A stretch of DNA of 64,000 nucleotides from Candidatus Binatia bacterium (GTDB taxonomy: Bacteria; Desulfobacterota; Binatia; HRBIN30), in NCBI GenBank assembly GCA_026004215.1, contig BPIR01000001.1:1543860-1607859 (forward strand), read 5' to 3'. This document shows positions 43,224-53,561 of the stretch, piece by piece. Position 1 is the stretch's first letter. Each line of letters begins with the position of its first letter. A program made the position numbers and the translations under genes. The notes beneath the pieces are model-generated. The model had not been told where the DNA came from and ran no database searches. It saw nothing but the letters and a program-made list of their open reading frames with translations.

Positions 43224-46200
43224 GTGGGTCGCATTTTGCAATGCATCGGGCTCGGGGTGATTTCTGCGCTGGCCGCACTGGTCGGGGGAGCGTTGCCAGC
43301 GATGGCTGGTTCGTACACGCTTTTCGAGAGCGGCCCGGTGCGCCCGCTCGCATTATCCCCCGACGGCAGCAAGCTTTTCGCGGCCAATATTCCCGACGGC
43401 CGCTTGGAGGTGTTTTCCATTGGAAGCAATGGCTCGCTGGCGCATATAGAATCGGTGCCCGTGGGCTTGGAGCCTGTTGCGCTGGCTGCCCGCAGCAACA
43501 CCGAGGTGTGGGTCGTAAATCACCTGTCGGACAGCGTCAGCATCGTGGACCTATCGAGCTCCCCGGCACGCGTCGTACGCACATTGCTGGTGGGGGATGA
43601 GCCGCGCGACATTGTGTTCGCGGGTCCCGGCAAAAATCGGGCATTCATCACCTGTGCGCACCGTGGCCAGAACAACCCCAATGACCCGCAACTCACGACT
43701 GCGGGCGTCGGCCGAGCCGATGTGTGGGTGTTCGACGCGAACAATCTTGGCAACACCCTCGGGGGCACGCCGCTCACCATTCTGACCTTGTTCGGCGACA
43801 CGCCGCGGGCGCTCGCCGCCACACCCGACGGCAGTCGGGTTTATGCAGCCGTGTTCCACAGCGGAAACCAAACCACCACGATCAACGAGGGGCTGATCTG
43901 CAACGACTCCAACAAAACGGACACGGTGGTTCCCGGTCCGTGCACGATCTCGGGGGTAACCGTGCCGGGCGGCCTGCCCTTGCCGACTGCGGATCACACC
44001 GGCGCTGCCGGACCGGATGTCGGTTTGATTGTCAAGTGGAACGGATCCTACTGGGCGGACAAGGCTTGCGCTGGCGGTTCGAAATACGGCTGGAGCTGCA
44101 AGACGGACGCAGATTGCCCCGGCAGTGTGTGCGGCCGGAATTGGAGTCCCGCGGTTAAGTTCAACTTACCGGACAAGGACGTATTCGTGATCGACGCCAT
44201 GGCAAATCCTCCGGTCCAACTTGCTGGCGGTTCCGGATACTACACGGGGGTCGGAACGATCTTGTTCAACATGGCCGTCAACCCGGTGAGCGGAAAGGTT
44301 TATGTGAGCAACTTCGAGTCTCGCAACGAATTCCGCTTCGAAGGGCCTGGCATTTATGCCGCGCAGTTCGGGGGCACCACCGTGCAGGGCCACTTGGCAG
44401 AGTCGCGCATCACCGTACTGTCCGGCAGCAACGTGCTCCCGCGGCATCTCAACAAACACATTGACTACGACCAGCGTCCCGCTCCGGCCGGCGTGAAAGA
44501 CCATAGCTTGGCCACGCCGTTGGACATGGTCGTGACCAGCGACGGGCAAACGCTGTACGTCGCCGCATTCGGGTCGAGTAAAGTAGGCGTCTTCAGCACT
44601 GCTGCGCTGGAAAACGATACGTTTGTGCCCAACAACGCCAATTACATCAGCGTGAGCGGTGGAGGTCCGGCTGGCCTGGCGCTTCACGAAGGGCTCCAAC
44701 GGCTCTACGTGCTGACACGTTTCGACAACGGCATTGCCGTGGTCGACACCACGACACGAACGGAAGTGGACCACGTTTCTTTGTACAACCCGGAGCCGGC
44801 CAGCGTCGTCAACGGGCGGCGTTTCTTGTACGACGCCTTTTACACTTCCAGCAATGGCGAGGCGGCATGCGCGAGTTGCCACATCTTTGGCGACCTCGAT
44901 AGTTTAGCTTGGGATCTCGGCAACCCGGATGACGAAACGCAGACGAATCCGCTGCCGGTGAAATTGTCCTTTGCCATCGGTTCGGGTACCTTTCGAGACT
45001 TCCACCCAATGAAGGGCCCCATGACCACGCAAACACTGCGGGGGCTAGCCAACCACGGTGCGATGCATTGGCGGGGCGATCGCAACGGAGGTAGTTCGCA
45101 ACCGTTCAGTGCGGACCTCGCCTTCAAAGCCTTCAATGTAGCTTTCCCTGGTTTGCTCGGGCGAACGAGCCAGCTCACGGCGGCGGAAATGCAAGCGTTC
45201 ACCGACTTCATTTTGCAGGTGAAGCTGCCTCCCAATCCAATCCGAAACTTGGACAATTCTTTGACTGCATCGCAACAAAACGGCCGCAATTTCTTTTTCG
45301 GGCCGCGCCGGGCCGACGGCCTCAACTTCGGCACCGACGGTGCCGACAACGCTTTGGGCCATACTTGCAATGGCTGTCACGTCACCGACCGTTCGCAAGG
45401 GTTTTTCGGTACGGACGGAAAAGCCAGCTTCGAGAACGAGCCGCAGGTGATCAAAATCGCCCACCTGCGCAACTTGTACCAAAAGGTCGGGATGTTCGGC
45501 ATGGCCGCCGTCTCGTTCTTCAACGCCGGCGACAATAACCACAAAGGAGATCAAATTCGCGGCTTCGGCTTTTTGCACGACGGGAGCGTGGACACCCTGT
45601 TTCGGTTCCTCAACGCCACCGTATTCAACGACCAAAACGGAGTAGGGTTCAATGGTGGAGACTCGCAGCGTCGCGACGTCGAACAGTTCCTGCTCGCGTT
45701 CGACACTGATCTCTTCCCCATCGTCGGACAACAAGTCACGCTCACGAGCACGAATGCGTCCCAAGTCAACCCGCGCATTGACTTGTTGATCCAGCGTGCG
45801 GCGGCAGGCGAGACGGATCTGGTCGTGAAAGGCCGATACAACGGCCAACTGCGCGGCTGGTACCGGACGGCTGCTGGCTTGTTCCAGCCGGATCGCGCCG
45901 GGGAAGCGCCGTGGACCGACAGTGCTCTCCGCTCCATCGCAGCCACCTCCGGTCAAGAGTTGACCTACACCGCAGTTCCGCTGGGCTCCGCAATTCGCTT
46001 GGGCGTGGATCGCGACGAAGACACGTTTTTCGATCGGGACGAACTCGATGCGGGTTCCGACCCGGCCGATCCGAACAGTACCCCAGGATCTGCGCCGACA
46101 CCGACCCCGACAGGTACACCGACTCCGACTCCCACCCGTAGCTCGACCCCGACGCGGACTCGCACGCCGACCAGTACGCCTTCTTCGACACCGACCCCCA

Positions 46201-47048
46201 CGTTCACGCCTACGTTTACGCCGACATTTTCACCGGTTCCCACCCACACGCCCACCGATACTCCCACCAACACCGCAACCCCGACCCGTACACTCACACC
46301 CACGCACACGATCACGCCCGGCGGGCCGACGCTGACACCGACTCATACTGTACCTCCAACCGCGACTTATACGGATTCTCCGACTCCAACGCTGACCCCC
46401 ACGCACACGGCGACCAACTCCCCGACGACGACCTTCACGCCCACGTGGACCCCAACGGACACGCCCACGCCCGAGCCGACCCTCACCCCGACGGCAATGC
46501 CCGATGTATTTTGCAGCGGAACGAGTGTGTTGGGCTCGCCGAGGCTGAAGGTCACCAAACTGCTCACTGCGCCCGGTGACGACGGTCTCACCTTGAGCGG
46601 CTCCTGGATGCTCTCTCCGAGTACGCCCCCGCCGAACCCAGTAGCCGAGGGGATTCGTTTCGCGCTGTACGACTCCTTCGGGAACTTGATCTTGCAGCGA
46701 ATTGTGCCTGGAGGTGCAGCGCTGTCACGTTCCGGCCCGGGCTGGACTCTCAGCACGGACGGGCACGTAGCCAAGTACACCGATGCGCTGGCCGTGCAGG
46801 GTGACATCAAAAAGGCGGTCGTCACCAGCTCACGGCGTACCCCGGGACTGTTCACCGTGAGAATTACCGGGCGACTCGGCAGCTTCGCCGTGAGCCCGAG
46901 TCAGTTGCCGTTGAGGATGACAGTGGTTCTCGGCAACCAGGCACGAGCGGCGATGGGGCAGTGCGCAAGTTACAGCTTTGGTCCGAGCGGTGGCGTCCGC
47001 CCGCGCTGCGACTTCTCGGCTACAGGTAACACGCTGGTGTGTAGATAA
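43224..47048 (+). CDS. Giant secreted protein: YVTN-type beta-propeller, di-haem cytochrome c peroxidase/MauG-like domain, ~170-aa PT-rich linker, unknown C-terminal domain
   Basis: GTG at 43224 with a GGAGGG RBS and a signal peptide. Propeller repeats ([11 protein letters not shown]..., [12 protein letters not shown]...). Haem motifs CASCH and CNGCH plus the CCP block LRNLYQKVG...[14 protein letters not shown]. Then a long TPTPT... linker. Confidence 0.8.
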   Translation: MGRILQCIGLGVISALAALVGGALPAMAGSYTLFESGPVRPLALSPDGSKLFAANIPDGRLEVFSIGSNGSLAHIESVPVGLEPVALAARSNTEVWVVNHLSDSVSIVDLSSSPARVVRTLLVGDEPRDIVFAGPGKNRAFITCAHRGQNNPNDPQLTTAGVGRADVWVFDANNLGNTLGGTPLTILTLFGDTPRALAATPDGSRVYAAVFHSGNQTTTINEGLICNDSNKTDTVVPGPCTISGVTVPGGLPLPTADHTGAAGPDVGLIVKWNGSYWADKACAGGSKYGWSCKTDADCPGSVCGRNWSPAVKFNLPDKDVFVIDAMANPPVQLAGGSGYYTGVGTILFNMAVNPVSGKVYVSNFESRNEFRFEGPGIYAAQFGGTTVQGHLAESRITVLSGSNVLPRHLNKHIDYDQRPAPAGVKDHSLATPLDMVVTSDGQTLYVAAFGSSKVGVFSTAALENDTFVPNNANYISVSGGGPAGLALHEGLQRLYVLTRFDNGIAVVDTTTRTEVDHVSLYNPEPASVVNGRRFLYDAFYTSSNGEAACASCHIFGDLDSLAWDLGNPDDETQTNPLPVKLSFAIGSGTFRDFHPMKGPMTTQTLRGLANHGAMHWRGDRNGGSSQPFSADLAFKAFNVAFPGLLGRTSQLTAAEMQAFTDFILQVKLPPNPIRNLDNSLTASQQNGRNFFFGPRRADGLNFGTDGADNALGHTCNGCHVTDRSQGFFGTDGKASFENEPQVIKIAHLRNLYQKVGMFGMAAVSFFNAGDNNHKGDQIRGFGFLHDGSVDTLFRFLNATVFNDQNGVGFNGGDSQRRDVEQFLLAFDTDLFPIVGQQVTLTSTNASQVNPRIDLLIQRAAAGETDLVVKGRYNGQLRGWYRTAAGLFQPDRAGEAPWTDSALRSIAATSGQELTYTAVPLGSAIRLGVDRDEDTFFDRDELDAGSDPADPNSTPGSAPTPTPTGTPTPTPTRSSTPTRTRTPTSTPSSTPTPTFTPTFTPTFSPVPTHTPTDTPTNTATPTRTLTPTHTITPGGPTLTPTHTVPPTATYTDSPTPTLTPTHTATNSPTTTFTPTWTPTDTPTPEPTLTPTAMPDVFCSGTSVLGSPRLKVTKLLTAPGDDGLTLSGSWMLSPSTPPPNPVAEGIRFALYDSFGNLILQRIVPGGAALSRSGPGWTLSTDGHVAKYTDALAVQGDIKKAVVTSSRRTPGLFTVRITGRLGSFAVSPSQLPLRMTVVLGNQARAAMGQCASYSFGPSGGVRPRCDFSATGNTLVCR

Positions 47049-47063
47049 AAAGCGAGGCCTGGG

Positions 47064-47090
47064 AGCCCGACCACGGATCCCAGGTCTCCT
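47064..47090. terminator. Candidate bidirectional hairpin between convergent genes
   Basis: CCTGGGA-gcccgaccacgga-TCCCAGG (7-bp stem) sits 16 nt after the giant gene stop and about 50 nt after the P450 stop. No U-tract, so weak. Confidence 0.3.
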
Positions 47091-47140
47091 CGAACTTCTA
47101 CCGGACCGACCGCCGCGCCCGGTTCGGTGTCGGTCTTTCC

Positions 47141-48415
47141 CTACCGTTGCGCCTGGAAGCGCATTCGGACGGGCATGCGTTTCGGCCCGCCGACGAAAGA
47201 CGCGTGCAAGCGCTCCACCGGGCCAGCCAACTCCACTGCCTCGATTCGCTTCGCGAATTCCCGAAAGAACACCTTGATGTCCAGACGTGCCAAGTGCGCC
47301 CCGAGACAAAAATGTTCTCCGACACCGAAACCCAAATGAGGGTTGGGCTCTCGGTCGAGCCGGAACACGAACGGATCGGGAAATACCTCCTCGTCGCGGT
47401 TTGCCGACGGGTAAAACAAAGCCACCGAATCCCCGGCACGAATCTTCTGGCCCCGAAGTTCGTAGTCAACCGTTGCGGTGCGGGAGAAATGAATCACCGG
47501 TGTTGTCCAGCGAACAATTTCGTCGGCCCCTGTTTCGATGAGATCCGGGTTGGCTCGCAACTTCGCAAACTCTTCGGGATGCTCCAATAAGGCCAACAAG
47601 CCCCCTGAAATCGAGTTCCGCGTCGTATCATGCCCGGCCACCATGATCAGGAAGTACAACGAGAAAAGTTCGAACTGGGGCACAGGTTTTCCGTCAATCG
47701 TCGCCAGCGCCAAAACCGTCGAGAGATCCTCGCGCGGATTTTTTCGCCGATCCTGCGTGATCTCCTCCAGGTACGAAAAGGCCTCGTAAAGAAATCCCAG
47801 TCGCTCCTCGCGGGTTTCCCCTGGCCGCTGGAAATCCGGATCTTCGATGCCGAAGTTCTCGTTGGTGACGCGCAAGACAAATTGCTCGCGCTCGCGTGGG
47901 ATCCCCAAAATTTCCGTGATCATCCGCAGCGGCTGCAGCGCAGCCACGTCGCGCACGAAGTCGCATTCAACCCACTCTCCCGGAGGAGCCAGGGAGGAGA
48001 AAATCTCGTTGGTGAGCTCTGTCAGCCGGCGTTCCAAACGCGCAATGGCTCGGGGCGTGAACCAACCGCTCACCAGCTTGCGATACGTGCGGTGTTCCGG
48101 AGGGTCCATGTTGACCAGCATCCGCAGCGGAGGATCTTCTTCGAGCTTCGGGCCTTGCATGTCCGCATCGGGGAACAGAATAAATCGGCCCGCGCTCCGG
48201 AACTTTTCCGGCTGGGTGGACACTTCAACGATATCCGCGTGCTTGGTCACCGCCCAGAACGGGCGATAGCCTGGCGGCTGCATGTAACACACAGGTGCCT
48301 CACGCCTCAGGCGCGCCCAAGCGGCGTGGGGATAACCGTGCTCCCCGTAGGTGCGAGCACTAATGATGTCGAGTTGGTCGAGTGGCACTGATGCTACCTC
48401 TTGGCCGGTGATCAT
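47141..48415 (-). CDS. Cytochrome P450
   Basis: Haem-binding loop FGVGEHFCLGAHLAR, the ExxR and AGHDTT I-helix motifs, 424 aa. Confidence 0.9.
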   Translation of the reverse strand: MITGQEVASVPLDQLDIISARTYGEHGYPHAAWARLRREAPVCYMQPPGYRPFWAVTKHADIVEVSTQPEKFRSAGRFILFPDADMQGPKLEEDPPLRMLVNMDPPEHRTYRKLVSGWFTPRAIARLERRLTELTNEIFSSLAPPGEWVECDFVRDVAALQPLRMITEILGIPREREQFVLRVTNENFGIEDPDFQRPGETREERLGFLYEAFSYLEEITQDRRKNPREDLSTVLALATIDGKPVPQFELFSLYFLIMVAGHDTTRNSISGGLLALLEHPEEFAKLRANPDLIETGADEIVRWTTPVIHFSRTATVDYELRGQKIRAGDSVALFYPSANRDEEVFPDPFVFRLDREPNPHLGFGVGEHFCLGAHLARLDIKVFFREFAKRIEAVELAGPVERLHASFVGGPKRMPVRMRFQAQR

Positions 48416-48425
48416 CGGGACCCTC

Positions 48426-49433
48426 CTACCCTAGCCACCGGCTCCAAATGCCATCCAGCAACACCCCACACAAGAATAGTCCCCCGAAGCGCCGCGTGTG
48501 CTGAAATGCAAAAGCAGAGTACCACAATGGCCACACATTGGGGGGAAATCCTGCAGGGGGGCTAGCCGGCCGCGGTTCGCGAAACACAAAGAACACGAGG
48601 CGGAACCAAGACAGTGACCCCAAGCTCAGCAACAAAGGCCAATGAAACGCCCGGGAGGCCACCAAGTACAGGGTCACGGCATACGCCGCGCAGCACAGCC
48701 CGATGACGGCGTAGCGGGCGTTCCGCTCCCCGAGAATAACCGGCAACGTTCGAATGTTTTTCGCACGGTCGGCTTCGATCTTGTCGATGTGCTTTCCAAA
48801 CAGCACCGTGGTGGCCATAAGTGCCACGGGCAGGCTAGCCCACAGGACGTGGGGAGCGAGGGTCCCCGTGACAACGTAGTACCCTCCTCCCACCATGAGA
48901 GGTCCCCAAACGACCAATACCGCGACTTCACCGAGGCCGATGTATTTAAGAGGCCACGTATAGAACAGCACAAAAAACGCCCCGATCGCGGTCAGCCACA
49001 AAACAGCTTCGCCCCGCCAAAACACCAATGTCAGTCCGGCAACCAGTGCGAGTGCGCCGGTCACACCGACGTACTGCAGCATTTGACCGGTAGTCAGCAG
49101 CCCGTGTTCGAGCGGCTGGGGTCCGTACTGAGCGCGAAAATAGTTATCTCGGTCCACCCCTTTCCAGTGATCCGTGATGTCGTTGACGAGGTTGTTGGTG
49201 GCGTGCGCAAGCAGCAATCCAACGGTTAGCAGCAGCCAGCCACCGACGTCGAAGGCATGATCGCGCCAAGCCAGCAGACCAGCCAGCGCCGCAGACACAA
49301 AGGTCATGACTAAAACTGCAGAACGCGTGGCAATGAGCCAGCGCGAAACCACATCGAGCTGCTCCCATTCTTCACGAGAGATGCGAGGAATGACCCGCAC
49401 CGCCCGCGCCCACATAGCAACGTTGACCATCAT
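48426..49433 (-). CDS. UbiA-family aromatic prenyltransferase (MenA-like)
   Basis: NNLVNDITDHWKGVDRDN (NDxxDxxxD) motif, polytopic, 335 aa. Sits immediately upstream of the P450, which suggests an operon. Confidence 0.8.
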   Translation of the reverse strand: MMVNVAMWARAVRVIPRISREEWEQLDVVSRWLIATRSAVLVMTFVSAALAGLLAWRDHAFDVGGWLLLTVGLLLAHATNNLVNDITDHWKGVDRDNYFRAQYGPQPLEHGLLTTGQMLQYVGVTGALALVAGLTLVFWRGEAVLWLTAIGAFFVLFYTWPLKYIGLGEVAVLVVWGPLMVGGGYYVVTGTLAPHVLWASLPVALMATTVLFGKHIDKIEADRAKNIRTLPVILGERNARYAVIGLCCAAYAVTLYLVASRAFHWPLLLSLGSLSWFRLVFFVFREPRPASPPAGFPPNVWPLWYSAFAFQHTRRFGGLFLCGVLLDGIWSRWLG

Positions 49434-49543
49434 CAGCGTCCTCTCATCCAGCCTACCGAATCCTCGCCCTCGAGCAAGGCCAGATCAGCCCCCTCCACGC
49501 TTGCAGGCACCGCTACGGTATGTTAGCCGCGCTTGCGTTTTCC

Positions 49544-49617
49544 GGTCGCATAGCTCAGCTGGTTAGAGCGCCTGCCTCACATGCAGGAGGTCCGTGGTTC
49601 GAGTCCACGTGCGACCA
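49544..49617 (+). tRNA. tRNA-Val (anticodon CAC)
   Basis: A cloverleaf folds by hand: acceptor GGTCGCA/TGCGACC, D-arm GCTC/GAGC, anticodon stem CCTGC/GCAGG with loop CTCACAT, T-arm CGTGG-TTCGAGT-CCACG. CCA is not encoded. Confidence 0.9.
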
Positions 49618-49843
49618 TACCTCCGCTCCGGCGCAAATGCGGTGGAGCTGCTTCGGACTGATTGTCCCGGCGCCTTGCATCACGGCGAGAACCGGAGCTC
49701 GTGCCCCGCTCCCTTGCTGTTGCCGTTCACGCCCCAAGTCACTGGGCTGGGCACTCGTACCGTGACAAATGTGAACCGAACGGTAGACTCGGGAAACTCC
49801 TTTGTGGAACAAAAGCCGAGCTAGTGAGGAGCGAGATTACACG

Positions 49844-50389
49844 ATGCAAGGCAGCTTCTACAACGTCATTCGTGAAATCGAACAGGCCATAGACCGATTC
49901 AACGAAGCCATTGGAAAAGCGCTCAAGCAAGCACGCTTCGACGAAGCACGGGCAGCCGTGGCGCACGTAGAGAAATTCGTGGAATTGAAGCTTCGCGCTC
50001 AGCAACTTGCCGAAGAGTGGGAGCACTTACTGGCCACAGCTCCGCTCCCGGTCACCGTACCTGTGGCGCGGCGGGGCTCGAGGCGTTCGCGGTCTGCGCC
50101 CCGCGAAACACAGCAACGTGTCCAGCGAGCCATCTTGGAGGCTCTCATGGAACTCGGCGGGCAGGCGGATCACCGCAAAGTTCTAGAGATAGTCGAGCAA
50201 AAAGTTGCGGACCTCTTAACGGAACATGACTACGAGGTCCTAACCAATGGCGAAACCCGCTGGCGAAACAATGCTCGGTGGCTTCGTCACCGCCTGATCC
50301 AAGAAGGACTAATGGAACGAAATTCGCCACGTGGCGTTTGGGCGATCTCCGAGGCTGGCCGCAAAGCCCTCGAATCCGGCCGAGTCTAA
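49844..50389 (+). CDS. Small protein with C-terminal Mrr_N-like winged-helix domain
   Basis: C-terminal ILEALMELGGQADHRKVLEIVEQKVADLLTEHDYEVLTNGETRWRNNARWLRHRLIQEGLMER matches the Mrr N-terminal wHTH pattern. The N-terminus is coiled-coil-like. Lies next to the tRNA. Confidence 0.5.
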   Translation: MQGSFYNVIREIEQAIDRFNEAIGKALKQARFDEARAAVAHVEKFVELKLRAQQLAEEWEHLLATAPLPVTVPVARRGSRRSRSAPRETQQRVQRAILEALMELGGQADHRKVLEIVEQKVADLLTEHDYEVLTNGETRWRNNARWLRHRLIQEGLMERNSPRGVWAISEAGRKALESGRV

Positions 50390-50446
50390 GGCCGCAGTCG
50401 AACCGTCGAAAGCTGCCGGCCCGTGATCACCCCGGGTGGGGCCTCT

Positions 50447-50836
50447 TCACTTCTTACGTGAAAAGTCCAGCAACACGTAACCCGGAAAATCTGCTGCGTA
50501 CAGCATCGAGCGAACAACTGGCGGCAACCAGGGGTAGGCTTCGTCTCGATCTACGATCCGCGGATTCACCAGCTCGTACTTTCGGCCCAGCTGCTCGACC
50601 GTACCGCGTCGGGCCTTCAAGAGGTTTTGCGCCCAGTCGACGTCGCGCCCATAGGTCAGTGGAATCACAAAACCCTTCGGCGTCCGAAAAGCAACGACCG
50701 GCGTCCGATACGTTCGGCCAGTTTTGCGGCCCGTGTGGTGGACAATCGCCAGCGGCGGTACGACCCACGCAAAGGTTCGCATGATGGGGTTGGTGAACAC
50801 GCGGTTCACGCGCCGCATAAAACGGGGAAAATGCAT
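50447..50836 (-). CDS. Deazaflavin(F420)-dependent nitroreductase family (DDN-like) protein
   Basis: HTGRKTGRTYRTPV and GFVIPLTYG...WAQNL blocks characteristic of PF04075. Confidence 0.7.
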   Translation of the reverse strand: MHFPRFMRRVNRVFTNPIMRTFAWVVPPLAIVHHTGRKTGRTYRTPVVAFRTPKGFVIPLTYGRDVDWAQNLLKARRGTVEQLGRKYELVNPRIVDRDEAYPWLPPVVRSMLYAADFPGYVLLDFSRKK

Positions 50837-50926
50837 AGGCAAGTTTCTACTCCGACTCCGGGTAGGGCTCAAGCCAGGGACTGCCGGCAGGCCGCTTTCC
50901 CCGGAGTGAAATCCGGTTCCACGGGT

Positions 50927-51628
50927 TCATCGGGCAGACGGATCTCGCACACCGCAAATCTCTGTGCATCGTCCCTTGATTCCGAAATTCCCGTCTGAGC
51001 GCTGGGTGTGGGCGGTGGCCGTCATCAAACCCCAGAACCAGTTGATCTTGAAGCGCTCGATGTGGATGCGCACGAATCCTGCCTGCTCGAGTGCGCCGGC
51101 AAGTTCCGACCCGTGGTAGGCTTTCGAGACGTAGTGGTTGCGCCAGCGCAACCAAAAATCCCAGGTACGAGTCCAAAAATAATCCGCGCACCAGTCCGTG
51201 ATCACCACTCGCCCGCCCGGCCGCAACACTCGCGCCATTTCCCGCAAGGCCTGTATGGGTTCCCGCCAAAAGTGAAAGGAACTCGACGAAACCACAGTGT
51301 CAAATCTCCCCGAGGCAAACGGCAAGCACTCGGCGCGGCCATGCACGAGCGCCACATTGGGGGGCAATTTCCTCCGCGCCACAGCCAGCATTTCCAGGCT
51401 GAGATCGACACCGATCAATCTTGCCGCCGGCACCCGTCGGGCCAGCGCTTCGAGCAACGCGCCCGTACCGCACCCTACGTCGAGCACAGAGCCGTCCGGG
51501 CGAGCATCGAGGCAGCGAAGCGTGCGCTCGCGGGTCTCTGCGATGTAAGCAGCCCAACGCTCATCGTAGTGTCGCGCCAGCCGCGCATACTCGCGCCGCA
51601 CGGCATCTGCTCGAGCAAATGCTTCCAT
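50927..51628 (-). CDS. Class I SAM-dependent methyltransferase
   Basis: Motif I VLDVGCGTGAL and a post-I acidic residue; Methyltransf_11-like. Confidence 0.75.
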   Translation of the reverse strand: MEAFARADAVRREYARLARHYDERWAAYIAETRERTLRCLDARPDGSVLDVGCGTGALLEALARRVPAARLIGVDLSLEMLAVARRKLPPNVALVHGRAECLPFASGRFDTVVSSSSFHFWREPIQALREMARVLRPGGRVVITDWCADYFWTRTWDFWLRWRNHYVSKAYHGSELAGALEQAGFVRIHIERFKINWFWGLMTATAHTQRSDGNFGIKGRCTEICGVRDPSAR

Positions 51629-51658
51629 ACGATGATCCACCAGAGAGGGTTCGAACTC

Positions 51659-52072
51659 TTACACAGATTCGTGCGACTCGATGAGCGCGCAAAACTCAGC
51701 CGCCAGCGGCAGGCGGCGGTTGGACAACCGGCGGCGCCAGCGGACGATCATTTTCCTCAACTGTTCATGAAAGCGCTGCAAGTCTTTGAGTTTTTCCTCG
51801 GTGGCGGTCAAGGTCGCTTCGGCCATGGCCAACACGCAACGGCAGGTTTCCTTGCCTCGCCCCTGCAGGTTCAAGATGTGTTCGATTTGGCTGAGCGAAA
51901 ACCCGAGCGCCTGTGCCTTGCGAATGAACAGGAGTCGTTTCAGTGTGGTCTCGTCATAAATGCGATACCCACTGGCGGAGCGGGGCGGTTTCGGGAGCAA
52001 GCCGACGCGCTCATAGTAGCGCACCGTGTCCGGGGTAACCGCTGCTTGCCGTGCCAGTTGGCTGACGAACAT
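51659..52072 (-). CDS. MerR-family transcriptional regulator
   Basis: MFVSQLARQAAVTPDTVRYYERVGLLPKP... is a MerR HTH with a downstream coiled-coil. Confidence 0.8.
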   Translation of the reverse strand: MFVSQLARQAAVTPDTVRYYERVGLLPKPPRSASGYRIYDETTLKRLLFIRKAQALGFSLSQIEHILNLQGRGKETCRCVLAMAEATLTATEEKLKDLQRFHEQLRKMIVRWRRRLSNRRLPLAAEFCALIESHESV

Positions 52073-52094
52073 TGTCCGGCGATTCACTTTCACA

Positions 52095-52505
52095 TCAAAA
52101 GACGATACGAAAACCCGCATGCACACGAAAGTCGGTTTTGACTTGTTCGCCGTTCAGTGACTGTACGATGGGCAGTTGCATGGAGATTTCTGCAATCCAG
52201 CGCCGGCTGACATACTGCAGGCCCGGTGCGACCAGCAACGTATAGCCACCAGAATCGGCCAGTTCCTTCCCCCCGGCTTCGTCGCGCTCGACCCAGACGC
52301 CGTTGAGTTCGAGCACGCCGTATGCAAGTGCCGGCACACCGTGCTCGACCCAGCGCCTCGGCCACCCCGACGTTGCCCTCCCCAGCCCGCGCCATCTCTG
52401 TGGAACGATAGAAACCCCAACACGCGCAGCAACGAGCCGCAACGCAAGAGCGCACGCCTTCGCAACCGCCCGAGCAGTTTCCAGGGCTCTCCGCTTCCGG
52501 AGCAT
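52095..52505 (-). CDS. Hypothetical protein with outer-membrane-barrel-like C-terminus
   Basis: Ends in ...VKTDFRVHAGFRIVF (aromatic-terminal beta-signal-like). Short, and it overlaps an alternative-frame ORF. A frameshift is possible. Confidence 0.3.
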   Translation of the reverse strand: MLRKRRALETARAVAKACALALRLVAARVGVSIVPQRWRGLGRATSGWPRRWVEHGVPALAYGVLELNGVWVERDEAGGKELADSGGYTLLVAPGLQYVSRRWIAEISMQLPIVQSLNGEQVKTDFRVHAGFRIVF

Positions 52506-52986
52506 GGGTCGCGCGGAACGATCTCTGGAGCTCTACTCATGGCGGTTTCTCCTCCGTTTTCCAAGCATACACTTTGGACTATCCTCCAAGGTCAACACAC
52601 CTGCGGAAACGCTCCAGGCATAAGAGTTACCCGCGTACCCGTCGCCACGGAGTAGTTCGGGAGCATCTCTGCGCGCACTTCCCGGGGCTTTGCGAGCAAT
52701 CGGGGACCTCTCGTCGAGCAAATTCTCTGTCGCTGCGGACCTCCCTGCTCGGACATACGGGTGCATACCGGCACTCAGGCAAACGGCGGCTCGCGCGCCG
52801 ACGCAACGGGGTACCCGGTACCCTGTCCACTCGCCCAGCTCTCCAAAAGCAACTCCGTGGCCGATGGGAGCAGCAGCGCCCTCGGGTACGCGGAATCGTT
52901 GCGCGGCCCGGGAGACCACGAATATGACGCAACGCATTGACAGGAATAACGCATGGCGTTATAGGCACGGCCAGGAGGAACGGGTC

Positions 52987-53493
52987 ATGAAGGCAACAGC
53001 GGCAGCCAAGCACAAGATGAATGCTTCGCACACGTTGACGGAGCAGGTCACAATGGCGCTGCGGCGCGTGCGATCCGTCGAGGATCTCAACCAAGAGGTT
53101 TCCAAAGCATGGACAACGCTGCGCGCGCGATGGAATCGGCTCGCCCGTGAAGTTCGGCGCGAGAGCGGCAACATCGCTCGGGAATTCGAGAAGCGCTTAC
53201 GGCGGCAGAGTCGCGAACTGCGCAGCCAGGCGCGTCCGCTCGTCGAGCCCGTCCAGGACAACGTGCGGCAGGCGCTCGCAGCGGTGCGCAAGCAAGGCCA
53301 GTGGCTCCAAAGTGCGGTGCGGCGCGAGGCCCAACGCGTACTCGTCCGCGAGCTCGAGCTGGCGCAACGCAAGGATGTCGAGCAACTACGGCGTCGTATC
53401 GGCGAGTTGGAGAAACAGCTCCAACGTCTTGCCAAGGAAAAGAAAGAAAAGGCGCAGCAGCCAGGCTTCACGGCCTCTGCGGGCGCCGCGTAA
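52987..53493 (+). CDS. Coiled-coil protein (phasin-like)
   Basis: Highly helical Arg/Glu/Gln-rich repeats (ELELAQRKDVEQLRRRIGELEKQLQRL). Start chosen at MKATAAAKHK; the upstream ORF part is low-complexity. Confidence 0.4.
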   Translation: MKATAAAKHKMNASHTLTEQVTMALRRVRSVEDLNQEVSKAWTTLRARWNRLAREVRRESGNIAREFEKRLRRQSRELRSQARPLVEPVQDNVRQALAAVRKQGQWLQSAVRREAQRVLVRELELAQRKDVEQLRRRIGELEKQLQRLAKEKKEKAQQPGFTASAGAA

Positions 53494-53561
53494 AGCTTCC
53501 CTGACCCCTCCCTTCCCTCCCGACCCCGCACGAGGGGGGTAGTTCCGCGCGACCCCTCGGG

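Noticed and set aside
45045-45956. 303-aa minus-strand ORF inside the giant propeller-CCP gene
   Set aside because: Antisense artefact. The sense frame contains the haem-binding CCP block.
47630-48391. 253-aa plus-strand ORF opposite the P450
   Set aside because: The P450 haem loop and I-helix are on the minus strand. The antisense ORF has no features.
51008-52141. 377-aa plus-strand ORF spanning the methyltransferase and MerR genes
   Set aside because: It crosses two well-supported minus-strand genes, and its product is Arg/His-rich.
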